In this document: piece by piece, positions 1 through 9,776 of the stretch
How the letters are laid out: each line of letters opens with the position of its first letter
How positions within the stretch are numbered: the first letter of the stretch is position 1
Source of the DNA: an uncultured Nitrospiraceae bacterium
Lineage (GTDB): Bacteria; Nitrospirota; Thermodesulfovibrionia; Thermodesulfovibrionales; Dissulfurispiraceae
DNA: 64,000 nucleotides
NCBI GenBank assembly: GCA_963727805.1
Contig: CAVSHF010000005.1
Span: forward strand, 320,001 to 384,000
Direction of reading: 5' to 3'
Notes under the pieces: generated by a model
The model's database searches: none
Seen by the model: the letters and a program-made list of their open reading frames with translations, nothing else
Told to the model about the DNA's origin: nothing
Program-made: the position numbers and the translations under genes

Positions 1-11
1 ATCATTCAGTA

Positions 12-1742
12 TCAATGTTTCTCCTCTTTGTTCGAGACCAAAAGCAACCCTTTGTCGGCCGCATTGTCCATCGGCACGGTCAGATACGAAAGGGCTTGGT
101 TCGCGATATCTTTGAAGACCGGCGCGGCCACGATGCCGCCATAGATCTGTCCTTTCGGTTCCTTGATAACGACGATCATCGCCAGTCGCGGATTGTCCGC
201 AGGAACAAAGCCAACAAAAGAGCCGATGTACCTGGTCTTCGAATAATGCTTCGTTACGGGATCGAAGAGCTGCGCTGTCCCGGTCTTTCCTGCCACCTGA
301 TTCCCTTCCACCGCTGCCTCTGTTGCCGTACCGCCCTGCTCGGTTACCGTTTTAAGAATCCCTCGGAAAACGGCAGCTGTTTCAGCAGAGATTATCTTCT
401 GCGTCTTCGGTTCAATCTTCGATATGATCGTGCCGTTGGGGGAGCGTACCTCTTTAACAACATGAGGTGTTACAAGATAACCTCCGTTGGCTACTGCCGA
501 ATAAGCTCTCAGTACCTGAAGAGGCGTGACTGCAATCTCCTGGCCGATTGCCATGGCCCCTATCGATGTCCCCGACCACCTTTCAGCAGGTTTCACGATT
601 CCGGAAATTTCTCCCTGAAGATCAATGCCGGTTTTATCGCCAAAACCAAATTTTTTAATATACTCATAGAACTTCGATTTCCCGACCATAAGGGCCGTCT
701 TGATTGTTCCAACGTTTGATGATTTCTGTATGACCTCTCGAAAGGCGAGAACGCCGTGTTTGTGGTCATCTTTGATCCTTCTGCCGCCCACCTCAACAGA
801 GCCTGCGCTGCAGTCAAATCGCGTTTCAGGATTCACTACCCTTTCTTCGAGGGCAGCGATACCTACTACTATTTTAAAGGTTGAGCCCGGCTCAAAACAA
901 TCCGTAATGGCCCTATTGCGTACCTCTGAGAGATTGACCTCTGAAAGCTCCCCCGGATCGAAGGTGGGCCTGTTGGCAAGAGCAAGCACCTCCCCAGTGA
1001 ACGGGTCCATCATGATAGCCGTTGCTGATACGGCACCCCACTTTTTCATCGCCGCATCGAGGTTCTTTTCCAATATAAATTGTAAGCCCTCATCGATGGT
1101 AAGGACGATGTTATTGCCACGAATATCCTTAGTACTGCCCTCGGAAAGTGAGTTCCCTCTGGCGTCGCGCACAACATAGGAACTCTCTTCCTTCGCAGTA
1201 AGGTATTTTTCGTATCCCTTCTCGACGCCCTCTATGCCTTTGTTGTCAAGATTGACAAAGCCGATAACGTGGGAGGCAAGGGTACCCTTAGGGTACACCC
1301 TCTTCATCTCAGGGACAAGGCCGACACCCGTAAGGCGGAGATTATTAATCCGCCTGGCTTTCTCGGTTTCCATCTTCCGCTCGACCCAGCTGAAATGCTT
1401 GCCAGTCACAAGCTTCGTGTAAATGGCCTTTTCGTTTTTGTGGATATTCAGTGAGAGGGTGCGGGCGATCTGGTCTGCCGACTTTACTTCCGAGGGATTA
1501 CAGAAGACAGATTCTGTTTCGACATTAATCGCGAGTTCGCGACCCAGGCGGTCGAAAATGATTCCCCGCTTTACCGGGATGATCTCTTTTCTGACCTGCT
1601 GGCCGCGTGCTTTAAGGAGGTATCGTTCATGGTTGACCAGCATGATGTCGACAAGACGGCAGAATACCGCCAGAAAACCTAACGACAACAGCGCCATCAT
1701 AACAAGCGCTCTCTTCCGGTGACTGTTGTTTATTCCCGCCAT
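12..1742 (-). CDS. ftsI: Cell division transpeptidase, penicillin-binding protein 3
   Basis: N-terminal TM segment, RGxIFDR dimerisation motif, SxxK (EPGSTFK), SxN (SSN) and KTG (GKTGTAQ) motifs; downstream of mraZ-rsmH-ftsL. Confidence 0.93.
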   Translation of the reverse strand: MAGINNSHRKRALVMMALLSLGFLAVFCRLVDIMLVNHERYLLKARGQQVRKEIIPVKRGIIFDRLGRELAINVETESVFCNPSEVKSADQIARTLSLNIHKNEKAIYTKLVTGKHFSWVERKMETEKARRINNLRLTGVGLVPEMKRVYPKGTLASHVIGFVNLDNKGIEGVEKGYEKYLTAKEESSYVVRDARGNSLSEGSTKDIRGNNIVLTIDEGLQFILEKNLDAAMKKWGAVSATAIMMDPFTGEVLALANRPTFDPGELSEVNLSEVRNRAITDCFEPGSTFKIVVGIAALEERVVNPETRFDCSAGSVEVGGRRIKDDHKHGVLAFREVIQKSSNVGTIKTALMVGKSKFYEYIKKFGFGDKTGIDLQGEISGIVKPAERWSGTSIGAMAIGQEIAVTPLQVLRAYSAVANGGYLVTPHVVKEVRSPNGTIISKIEPKTQKIISAETAAVFRGILKTVTEQGGTATEAAVEGNQVAGKTGTAQLFDPVTKHYSKTRYIGSFVGFVPADNPRLAMIVVIKEPKGQIYGGIVAAPVFKDIANQALSYLTVPMDNAADKGLLLVSNKEEKH

Positions 1743-1763
1743 CGCCCCCTGCTGTCAAAAAGA

Positions 1764-2090
1764 TTATTGTGTGGTATATGAAGCCTTGTAGGGACCCTTT
1801 ACATCAACCCCCTTAACATAGACAACCCGCTTTCTCTCGGGGAAAGAAAAACCAGACCCTGCGAAGTCAATCTTGTCGACCCTTGTAAGTGCCATAAGTC
1901 CCGCCTTCTGGGCCACTAGAGTCTTCTGGTCCCTGAGGGCTTCTGTCTTCATTTTCTCAAGAGTACTCAGCTTATATTCGAGGGATGTGACACTCGCTCT
2001 CAGCCAGACAACCGTGAAGACCGCGATGATGAGAAAGAAGATCGAAAGCACCTTGGCGATCGATACAATCTTGTTCTTTCTGTACCTCAT
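1764..2090 (-). CDS. ftsL: FtsL-like cell division protein
   Basis: Basic N-terminus, one TM helix and a leucine-rich coiled coil; sits between rsmH and ftsI. Confidence 0.7.
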   Translation of the reverse strand: MRYRKNKIVSIAKVLSIFFLIIAVFTVVWLRASVTSLEYKLSTLEKMKTEALRDQKTLVAQKAGLMALTRVDKIDFAGSGFSFPERKRVVYVKGVDVKGPYKASYTTQ

Positions 2091-2974
2091 ATCTTTTCTA
2101 CCCCCCTCAATTTCGCGCTTCGGGCTGCTGGGTTTTTTAAGACTTCCTCCCTGACCGGAGCTATGGGTTTTTTTGTCAAAATTCTGAGGACCCGTTCCCT
2201 GCTCAAATCTCTGAATGTGTTCTTGACAATTCGGTCTTCAAGTGAGTGATAGGCTATAACGCATATTCTTCCGCCCACCTTCAGCATGCCAACCGCCGCA
2301 GAGAGTCCATTTCTAAGCTCCTCGAGCTCCTTATTGACTTCTATTCTCAGGGCCTGAAATGTCTTGGTGGCCGGATGGGTTTTCCCCCTGCCGCCGTAGG
2401 CCTGAAAGACTAGCTCCGCAAGCTCAGAGCACGTATTGATCGGGGCCGACTGCCTGCTCATCACTATCTTCCTAGCAATCTTCCTGAAAAGCGGTTCCTC
2501 GCCGAACTCCTTAAGAATCCGCTGTAGTTCCTTTTCGGAATACCGGTTCACGACTTCCCATGCGCTTAGTTTTTCTGAAGGGTCCATCCGCATATCGAGC
2601 CGCGCTTCGGACATAAAACTGAAACCGCGATCGTAGTCCTTTAACTGGAACATCGACACTCCGAGATCAAAAAGCACTCCGTCTAGGCTATCTATCTTAA
2701 GGTCCGACATGATATCCCCTATCTCGGAAAAACGTTTTTTCCGAAGATGTACCCTGCCATTACCCAATCTCTTTGCGGCGGAAGTCAGAGCTTCTTCATC
2801 CCTGTCTGTGCCGATTAGCATCCCTTCGCTTCCCATCCTGTCAAGGATTGCAGAGGAGTGCCCGCCAAGCCCAACCGTCGCATCCAGATAGATACCATTT
2901 CCCGTAACTGCCAACATGTCAACAACCTCATTGAGCAAAACCGGCATATGAACCGCTCGGTTGCTAGATTCCAT
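2087..2974 (-). CDS. rsmH: 16S rRNA m4C1402 methyltransferase
   Basis: HMPVLL, DATVGLGGHS, DLGVS, LDMRM, FQALRIEVN, YHSLEDRIVK and NPAARSAKLR motifs; start placed at ATG 2974, overlapping the mraZ stop. Confidence 0.96.
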   Translation of the reverse strand: MESSNRAVHMPVLLNEVVDMLAVTGNGIYLDATVGLGGHSSAILDRMGSEGMLIGTDRDEEALTSAAKRLGNGRVHLRKKRFSEIGDIMSDLKIDSLDGVLFDLGVSMFQLKDYDRGFSFMSEARLDMRMDPSEKLSAWEVVNRYSEKELQRILKEFGEEPLFRKIARKIVMSRQSAPINTCSELAELVFQAYGGRGKTHPATKTFQALRIEVNKELEELRNGLSAAVGMLKVGGRICVIAYHSLEDRIVKNTFRDLSRERVLRILTKKPIAPVREEVLKNPAARSAKLRGVEKI

Positions 2975-3419
2975 AGTCAGAAAGCTTCCTTGCGAAGGCC
3001 TCGACATCGACTTTATCAGGATTAGTGACGTCATCCCACCTCTGCTTGTCCCAGAGTTCAAGCCGGTCCATGAGGCCAACGATAACGATATCGTTTTCTA
3101 TACCGGCATTCTGCCTGAGCTCATAAGGGACCATCACTCTTCCGTTCTTGTCCAGTTCACAAGGAACCGCGGCGGAAAAGACGCGCCTCATGAAATACTG
3201 TAGTGCCTTATCGGTCATCGGCTTGCCCTTAACCTTTTCCTCGAGAAGGCTCCATTCGGCCTCCGGGTAAATATGTAGACACTTGTCAAAGGAAGCATTT
3301 GTGATATATATTTTCGATGAGCCATACTTGGCAAATAGCACTTCCCGCAAAGGAGACGGTACGATGATTCTCCCTTTCGGGTCTAATGTGTAATAATATG
3401 TTCCAGTGAAGGAGGACAT
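2964..3419 (-). CDS. mraZ: Division/cell wall cluster transcriptional repressor MraZ
   Basis: Two SpoVT-AbrB repeats (LDPKGRIIVP, LDKNGRVMVP); first gene of the dcw cluster; ATG 3419 preferred as start. Confidence 0.95.
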   Translation of the reverse strand: MSSFTGTYYYTLDPKGRIIVPSPLREVLFAKYGSSKIYITNASFDKCLHIYPEAEWSLLEEKVKGKPMTDKALQYFMRRVFSAAVPCELDKNGRVMVPYELRQNAGIENDIVIVGLMDRLELWDKQRWDDVTNPDKVDVEAFARKLSDYGI

Positions 3420-3423
3420 TTTA

Positions 3424-3449
3424 TACCACTTTCTACCACTTTCTACCAC
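3424..3449 (-). promoter_or_regulatory. MraZ binding boxes
   Basis: Three GTGGTA direct repeats with 10-bp period immediately upstream of the mraZ ATG, matching the known MraZ operator architecture. Confidence 0.8.
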
Positions 3450-3583
3450 AAAGATTAATAGAAATAGCTATTTATGTCAAGAGAGAATGCTATGTTTTTA
3501 TTTATTGCCCACATAATGTATTTGCATTATGATGTCCTACACAACATGTAGTTAGTTTCGAAACAATAGTGGGGCAAAAAAAT

Positions 3584-4771
3584 ATGTTCGAAGAAAATAT
3601 AAAGTTACTCAAAGAAAAAGGATTATTGAGACAAATATTCGATCGGGAAAGACTTGCCGAAAAGGCAGGAAGGGCTTCTATCCCTTCCTTGGCGAGGATA
3701 GTCATTGCGGGGACCGAATATTGTAACTTTGCCTCAAACGATTATCTTGGTCTGTCGGCCTCAGCAGCACTTACAGATGCTGCAAAAAAAGCTGTCCAGC
3801 TATTTCCGTTCGGTGCCGGCGCGTCGCGCCTTCTTTCTGGAGGTACTAAGTTCCATGAGGAACTCGAAAAAGCTGTCGCCGGCTTTAAGGCAACAGAGGC
3901 AGCGCTCATCTTCAACTCGGGGTATCAGGCTAATACAAGCGCCATACCTGCGATCGCTGGAGAAGGCGATGTCATTTTCAGCGATGAACTGAACCATGCG
4001 AGCATCGTTGACGGATGCAGGCTGAGCAGCGCAAGAAAGGTCATTTATCGACACAGAGACATTGACCATCTTCGTTCCGTCATTCATAAAGAAGGCGGCC
4101 GTAAAAAACTAATCGTCACCGATACCGTCTTCAGTATGAATGGTGATATCGCACCAATCCATCAACTTTATTCGCTTTGTGCAGGCATACCCGACATCAT
4201 GCTTTACCTCGATGACGCGCATGGGACCGGAGTGCTGGGCGATGGACGGGGAGCACTGGCCCACTTTGATATCGCACCTGAGCCATGGATCATACAGATG
4301 GGTACTTTTTCGAAGGCGCTCGGATCGTTCGGCGCATTTGTCGCGGCCAGCCGCGAGATAGTTGACTGGCTCATCAATACTTCACGGGGGTTCATCTATT
4401 CGACGGCCCTACCCCCGTGCGTTGTCGCCGCTTCGGCCGCTGCAATAGCTATCATTAAGAGCGATAGATCTTTGATCGACAAGCTTTGGGTCAATCAACG
4501 AAGAACAATAGAAGGTATCAATAAATCCGGCTTCGACATCAAGAGCACTGAAAGCCCCATCATCTCAGTATCAGTCGGAGATCTTCACCAAACACTGGCC
4601 TTCTCGGAAGAATTGAAGCGACGCCGAATCTATGCTCCGGCTATCCGTCCTCCCACAGTCAGGAGTTCCCGCATCAGGATAACCGTATCCGCGGTCCACA
4701 CGGACGACGATATAGAAACGTTGATCAATGCCTTCTTAGAGTTGAGAGAGTCAGCGCCGTTTGCCAAATAG
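3584..4771 (+). CDS. bioF: 8-amino-7-oxononanoate synthase
   Basis: NFASNDYLGL, GAGASRLLSG, SDELNHASIVDG, DDAHG, GTFSKA (PLP lysine) and IRPPTV motifs. Confidence 0.92.
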   Translation: MFEENIKLLKEKGLLRQIFDRERLAEKAGRASIPSLARIVIAGTEYCNFASNDYLGLSASAALTDAAKKAVQLFPFGAGASRLLSGGTKFHEELEKAVAGFKATEAALIFNSGYQANTSAIPAIAGEGDVIFSDELNHASIVDGCRLSSARKVIYRHRDIDHLRSVIHKEGGRKKLIVTDTVFSMNGDIAPIHQLYSLCAGIPDIMLYLDDAHGTGVLGDGRGALAHFDIAPEPWIIQMGTFSKALGSFGAFVAASREIVDWLINTSRGFIYSTALPPCVVAASAAAIAIIKSDRSLIDKLWVNQRRTIEGINKSGFDIKSTESPIISVSVGDLHQTLAFSEELKRRRIYAPAIRPPTVRSSRIRITVSAVHTDDDIETLINAFLELRESAPFAK

Positions 4772-4798
4772 TGTCGTTTTTGTATATATTCAAAACCT

Positions 4799-5794
4799 AT
4801 GAGCTATATCGCAGTGATAGGCGCGGGAAGCTGGGGTACCACCCTCGCTTCTCATTTGTCCGAAAAAGGATACGACGTAACTCTTTGGACCCATGACACT
4901 GATCTTGCAGTCCGTATAAACCGGGAGAGGACCAACAGTACCTTCCTGCCGAACTTTACGCTGCCGCCGATGCTTCGGGCTTCCATCAACGGCAAGGAAC
5001 TGTCTAGCGCCAGGTATATACTGAATACTGTCCCCACGCAGTTTATCAGGCCGGTATTTAACAGGATCAGGTCCTATATCGACGATCAGGCTGTCATCGT
5101 AAGCGCGTCCAAAGGCATAGAGAACAATACACTACTGACACCGTCGATGATTCTTCAGGAGCTGGTCGGCAGACCGGTCTCTGTACTTTCAGGTCCAAGC
5201 TTTGCACGGGAGGTAGCTGAAAAGAAGCCGACTGCTATAACCCTTGCAACCACCAATTATAAAACAGGTCTTCTTTTGCAGGAGGTTTTCAATACCGACT
5301 ATTTCCGGGTTTATACGCATGACGACATCATCGGAGTAGAAATCGGAGGGGCGCTGAAAAATGTCATTGCAATAGCTGCGGGAATCTGCGATGGCCTCGG
5401 TCTAGGCCACAATTCGCGGGCGGCTCTTATCACCAGAGGACTGTCCGAGATGACCCGTCTCGGCCTTAAGATGAACGCCCATGAGGTCACTTTTTCGGGG
5501 TTAAGCGGGATCGGAGATCTAGTCCTTACCTGCACCGATATGCAATCGAGGAACTTCACCGTCGGACATAAACTTGGCAAGGGAGTGAAACTCTCCGCTA
5601 TTGTGAGCCAGACTCAATCGGTAGCTGAAGGGATAGCCACGACGCTTTCGGCCCATGAAATGTCCCTAAGATATGGAATCGAGATGCCAATCACCGAACA
5701 GGTGTATCAGACGCTCTATAAAGACAAATCACCTGCCGACGCGGTAACGGACCTGATGAACCGCTCGCTGAAGTCAGAATTTCACGGATACTGA
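4799..5794 (+). CDS. gpsA: NAD(P)H-dependent glycerol-3-phosphate dehydrogenase
   Basis: GAGSWGT, SKGIE, LSGPSFA, GGALKNVIAI and GDLVLTC...SRN motifs. Confidence 0.96.
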   Translation: MSYIAVIGAGSWGTTLASHLSEKGYDVTLWTHDTDLAVRINRERTNSTFLPNFTLPPMLRASINGKELSSARYILNTVPTQFIRPVFNRIRSYIDDQAVIVSASKGIENNTLLTPSMILQELVGRPVSVLSGPSFAREVAEKKPTAITLATTNYKTGLLLQEVFNTDYFRVYTHDDIIGVEIGGALKNVIAIAAGICDGLGLGHNSRAALITRGLSEMTRLGLKMNAHEVTFSGLSGIGDLVLTCTDMQSRNFTVGHKLGKGVKLSAIVSQTQSVAEGIATTLSAHEMSLRYGIEMPITEQVYQTLYKDKSPADAVTDLMNRSLKSEFHGY

Positions 5795-5797
5795 CGA

Positions 5798-6541
5798 ATG
5801 GATATCGAAAAAATAAGAACACTCCTTGAAAAGGTGGAACGAGGAAGGATCTCGGTCGATGAAGCCCTCGGCAGCCTCAGGCATTTGCCGTACGAGGATA
5901 TCTCCTGCGCGAAGATCGATCACCACCGTGCCATGAGAACAGACATTCCGGAGGTGATCTTCGCCAGCGGCAAGAAAACTCCAGATATCGTGGCAATAGC
6001 TAACTCCATGATGAAGAGGAGCGGAAAATTTCTCATTACGCGAGCATCCGAAGATATTTATCGTGAACTAGATTTTAAAAAGGCCCGGTTTCATCCCGAT
6101 TCGAAGATCATTAGTTGCGGTGAACCACGGGCTAAAAAAGGGCGGGTACTGGTTGTCACCGCTGGGACTTCGGACATCCCGGTTGCCGAAGAAGCTGAAT
6201 TAACAGCCTCTTTTCTGGGATCTAAAACTGAGCGGCTCTATGATGTCGGCATTGCGGGGTTGCACAGGCTGCTCGACCACAATCATTTGCTGCAAAAAGC
6301 TCGAGTTTTTATAGTCGTAGCGGGCATGGAAGGTGCTCTACCGTCTCTCGTTGGAGGTCTTACCAACAAGCCCCTGATCGGTGTCCCCACCTCAGTGGGA
6401 TATGGATCAAGCTTCGGTGGGCTTACAGCACTCTTCGCGATGCTCAATTCCTGCGTACCGGGAATTGCCGTTGTGAATATAGACAACGGCTTCGGCGCCG
6501 GATGCCTCGCTCACCGAATAAATATGATAGGACTTAAATAG
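5798..6541 (+). CDS. larB: Nickel-pincer cofactor biosynthesis protein LarB (PurE-like)
   Basis: AKIDHHR, PEVIF, TAGTSDIPVAEEA, DVGIAGLHRL, AGMEGALPS, PTSVGYG and NIDNGFGA motifs. Confidence 0.92.
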   Translation: MDIEKIRTLLEKVERGRISVDEALGSLRHLPYEDISCAKIDHHRAMRTDIPEVIFASGKKTPDIVAIANSMMKRSGKFLITRASEDIYRELDFKKARFHPDSKIISCGEPRAKKGRVLVVTAGTSDIPVAEEAELTASFLGSKTERLYDVGIAGLHRLLDHNHLLQKARVFIVVAGMEGALPSLVGGLTNKPLIGVPTSVGYGSSFGGLTALFAMLNSCVPGIAVVNIDNGFGAGCLAHRINMIGLK

Positions 6542-6566
6542 AACCTACGGTTCAGAATTTAGGCCC

Positions 6567-6752
6567 TCAGCCACCCTGGAAGCCTCCTGATTTACCGTTA
6601 CTGCAACTCAGAGAACATGCATTAAATGATGATATTTTCTTCTTTATGTCCCTGGATTGGCACTTGGGGCATTTGATGTTGTCAGCCTTCGCTGAGTGGA
6701 TCATGGTAAAAGACTCGCCGCACTTCCGGCAGTCATATTCATAAATCGGCAC
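6567..6752 (-). CDS. FmdB-family zinc-ribbon protein; the TGA stop may be selenocysteine, extending the gene to 6552
   Basis: PIYEYxCxxC...CPKC motif; GGAGG RBS before GTG 6752. Confidence 0.88.
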   Translation of the reverse strand: MPIYEYDCRKCGESFTMIHSAKADNIKCPKCQSRDIKKKISSFNACSLSCSNGKSGGFQGG

Positions 6753-6819
6753 TACTACCTCCATCAAATATCTTGTACTTATATTTATCCAATATCGGCA
6801 ACTAAAGTCAAACAGAATA

Positions 6820-7263
6820 TCAAAGTCCGAGCATCAAAATGCAGGCATCCTCCACCGGATTAATATAGTAATTTTTTCTCGTACCGATGTCGGTGAAATC
6901 CATCTTTTCATAGAACTGCCGGGCAGCGATATTCGAAGCTCTTACCTCCAGATAGAAGGCCCTGCAGCTGTTTATCTTCAGCCCACAAATAACGTCTTCC
7001 AGCAGCGAGCGGGCAATACCCCGCCGCCTTAAGTCAGAAAGGACAGCCAGATCGAGCAGGTGCCCCTCATCAAGTATCAGTCTCGTGATGATATAGCCTA
7101 CTATGCGTTTCCTGATAACAGCAACCCTCGCTATGGAGTATCTGCCGTAAACTTCACTGTAAAATGAATTCTCAGACCAGGGCATGCTGAAAGAGGAACG
7201 CTCGATGCTGGCAACATCAGGCACATCTTCCGGACGCATATCTCTAATAGCTATAGCATCCAT
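6820..7263 (-). CDS. rimI: Ribosomal protein S18 alanine N-acetyltransferase
   Basis: GNAT fold (RRRGIA, LEVRASN, RKNYY...EDA); downstream of tsaB. Confidence 0.9.
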   Translation of the reverse strand: MDAIAIRDMRPEDVPDVASIERSSFSMPWSENSFYSEVYGRYSIARVAVIRKRIVGYIITRLILDEGHLLDLAVLSDLRRRGIARSLLEDVICGLKINSCRAFYLEVRASNIAARQFYEKMDFTDIGTRKNYYINPVEDACILMLGL

Positions 7264-7269
7264 GATCTA

Positions 7270-7953
7270 CTAATGACCGAATTTAATCTCGGCTTCGGAC
7301 CTTCTCAGATAGGCAGGCACCGCCGCAAGAGCGTCGCTGTACTCGCCTCCTTCAGCCTTTTTCATGCAAAGAAAGGCGACATTTGCGGGAGAAGGAAACA
7401 TCTGTGGCGGGCTGCCGAAAAAAGCCTTTTCCCCGAGTTCCCGCTCAATACTTTCCCTGTTGAGAATCGCACCCTCTCCCAAAAAAACAGTGGGGGCATC
7501 GATCATCGAAAGGAGTGTGCCTATTCTTAAAGCTTGTTCATCGATCACCTTAACAAACCCATCTCCCACCCATTTCAACGCTGTTGCGTAAACCTCTTTC
7601 CTCCTCGCATCGAGAAGGGGACATACCTGGCGGTCGCTAAACGGGACATTCCAGGCAAATGCCTCGAGGGTTGGCACTGTGACGAACTTTTTCCTAGTCG
7701 CATAGACCAGACCTTTCACTGTGCTCAACCCCACCCTCAATCCGGTAAACGAGCCCGGACCTATTGATATTCCGAAAACATCGATATCGCCGAGCTCCAT
7801 CCCGGCAACAGTCAACACGTGATCAATCTCCTTCATGAGTCGCTCGGAATGGGTCACTCTCACATTAATTCTTGATTCAGCGACAAGTGTCGTGCCATCC
7901 ATGATTGCAAGCCCTCCAAGCATCGTAGCTGTCTCGATGGCAAGCAATCTCAT
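7270..7953 (-). CDS. tsaB: tRNA threonylcarbamoyladenosine biosynthesis protein TsaB
   Basis: LAIETAT, HSERL, GPGSFTGLRVG, DARRKEVY and PAYLRRSEAE motifs. Confidence 0.95.
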   Translation of the reverse strand: MRLLAIETATMLGGLAIMDGTTLVAESRINVRVTHSERLMKEIDHVLTVAGMELGDIDVFGISIGPGSFTGLRVGLSTVKGLVYATRKKFVTVPTLEAFAWNVPFSDRQVCPLLDARRKEVYATALKWVGDGFVKVIDEQALRIGTLLSMIDAPTVFLGEGAILNRESIERELGEKAFFGSPPQMFPSPANVAFLCMKKAEGGEYSDALAAVPAYLRRSEAEIKFGH

Positions 7954-9167
7954 GCGATTTTCTCCTTATAACTTTTTTCGAACAAAATAAAAAATATGAT
8001 ACTGCTAAAGATACAAACAGCTGCAAAGATTCTCAGGGACTGAAGGGTCCCCAGATAGTGTGCAATAAAACCTATCATCGAATTGCCGAGTGGGGCAAAT
8101 CCCAGGAACACAAGGGTATAAAGACTCATTACCCTGCCCCTGAGCTGATTTGGTACCGTCTGTTGGATGAAACTATTGCTCAGCGCAAGGAAACTTACAA
8201 TCCCCCATCCCGCAAAAAAAATCAAAATAGTTGAAAGATAGAATACGTTAGACAGCGAGATCGCCATTATCGCTGTCGAAAAAACTATAGCTGCGATCGG
8301 GATAAACATCCCCTTGCCTTCAATTTCGCCCTTGAAGGCAATGATCATAGCCGCTGTGAATGAACCGATGCCAGCGAAAGACATCAGTACGCTTAATCCT
8401 TTGACCCCTTCATCCAGAACCTCGACCGCTAACACAGGTAGCAATGTAAGATACGGGATACCGAAGAGGCTGAAGATTGCTATCAGCGACATCATGTAAA
8501 ATACCGGCTCTTCCTGGAGAACAAACTTCCATCCCTCGCCTACCCCGCTGATAAAACTCTTTCCGCCTCTCGCGGCAGTTCCGACCGCCTTGATTTTCGT
8601 CAGGGCAATAACAACGGGCACGAAACTAAGGGCGTTCAGAAAAAAGCAGGCTGGGATACTGAAAATTGCTATGATGAATCCCGCTATAAGGGGGCCGATA
8701 ATCCTGGCCCCATTAAAGGCTGCGGAATTCAGGGCAATCGCATTCGTGATATCGCCCCTGCCGACCACCTCGGCAAGAAAGGACTGCCGAGCCGGGATAT
8801 CAAAGGCATTGACCGTACCTAAAAAAGCGGCGATAACGCCCACATGCCAGATTGTAACGATGTTGCCGTAAGTAAGCACCCCTAATATAAAGGCCGGGAT
8901 TATTGAAAGTACCTGGGTAACGATAAGGATATTTCTCCTGGGATACCGGTCGGCTACCGAACCGCCGATGAGTGTAAACAAGAGAATCGGAAGCGATGAT
9001 AACGAGGCGATCAACCCCAGATAGAGCGGTGATTTGGTCATGGAATAAACGAGCCAGCTTTGGGCCATGGACTGCATCCAAGTGCCTGAGAGTGAGATGA
9101 TCTGCCCGAACCAGAAGAGCCTGAAATCGCGCGTATATAAAGCGGAAAACCTATGTGCTTTTTCCAT
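7950..9167 (-). CDS. MFS transporter (MFS_3/DHA3 type)
   Basis: FRLFWFGQ...SLSGTWMQ, GGSVADRYPRR, FDIPARQSF and RGRVMSLY motifs; about 12 TM segments. Confidence 0.9.
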   Translation of the reverse strand: MEKAHRFSALYTRDFRLFWFGQIISLSGTWMQSMAQSWLVYSMTKSPLYLGLIASLSSLPILLFTLIGGSVADRYPRRNILIVTQVLSIIPAFILGVLTYGNIVTIWHVGVIAAFLGTVNAFDIPARQSFLAEVVGRGDITNAIALNSAAFNGARIIGPLIAGFIIAIFSIPACFFLNALSFVPVVIALTKIKAVGTAARGGKSFISGVGEGWKFVLQEEPVFYMMSLIAIFSLFGIPYLTLLPVLAVEVLDEGVKGLSVLMSFAGIGSFTAAMIIAFKGEIEGKGMFIPIAAIVFSTAIMAISLSNVFYLSTILIFFAGWGIVSFLALSNSFIQQTVPNQLRGRVMSLYTLVFLGFAPLGNSMIGFIAHYLGTLQSLRIFAAVCIFSSIIFFILFEKSYKEKIA

Positions 9168-9376
9168 ATTGCTATCATATGAGTATACCCTAAGGGTACG
9201 AAAAATTAGTATGCATGCTGGTCCCATTGCCCTCCCCCTGTAACCCCTTTCATCGAGATAGTGAGAAAATATGCGCGCCTATATCCCCATGTCGAAAGGG
9301 TCGAGGTGAAAGAAGTACAGTTTTTGTCGTGAAGTCTCGCGTGCTTTGGTAGGGAAGCCCCAGCAGTCAAATAACA

Positions 9377-9406
9377 TTGACAAAACCGGTTTTTATGTAG
9401 TTAAAT
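9377..9406 (+). promoter_or_regulatory. Putative sigma70 promoter of the tRNA pair
   Basis: TTGACA, 18-bp spacer, TTAAAT, ending about 12 nt before tRNA-Val. Confidence 0.55.
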
Positions 9407-9418
9407 ATATGCTCTTTT

Positions 9419-9494
9419 GGGCGGTTAGCTCAGCTGGGAGAGCGCAGCCCTTACAAGGCTGATGTCACAGGTTCGATCCCTGTACCGCCTACCA
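9419..9494 (+). tRNA. tRNA-Val(TAC)
   Basis: Cloverleaf: acceptor GGGCGGT/ACCGCCT, anticodon arm CAGCC-CTTACAA-GGCTG, T-loop TTCGATC, encoded CCA. Confidence 0.97.
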
Positions 9495-9518
9495 TTAAGT
9501 ACACGCAGCATACCGCTT

Positions 9519-9595
9519 GGGGCGGTAGTTCAGCTGGTTAGAACGCCTGCCTGTCACGCAGGAGGTCGCGGGTTCGAGTCCCGTCCGCCCCGCCA
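9519..9595 (+). tRNA. tRNA-Asp(GTC)
   Basis: Cloverleaf: acceptor GGGGCGG/CCGCCCC, anticodon arm CCTGC-CTGTCAC-GCAGG, T-loop TTCGAGT, encoded CCA. Confidence 0.97.
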
Positions 9596-9608
9596 TATAG
9601 ACCTTTAA

Positions 9609-9663
9609 TATCAATGTGTTGTAAAATTAAATTGTCCTCCAGGGCACCATTGGGGCACCAATG
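9609..9663 (+). promoter_or_regulatory. IHF-like site plus tandem 11-bp direct repeat (possible integrase arm-type sites)
   Basis: TATCAATGTGTTG matches WATCAANNNNTTR; GGGCACCATTG followed by GGGCACCAATG at 9642-9663; directly after the tRNA-Asp 3' end. Confidence 0.5.
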
Positions 9664-9776
9664 GTTATTTCGGAACCTATTATTGATCGCGACACAATCA
9701 TTAGAACAAACGTGCGAGAGATACTCTTGAACATGCCGTGGAGGAGAAAGGGGAAACTGAGTAGTCGACTCAAAAT

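Noticed and set aside
9186..9198. TACCC-TAA-GGGTA dyad upstream of the MFS gene, CsoR-like
   Set aside because: Only 5-bp arms and no cognate regulator nearby; could be chance.
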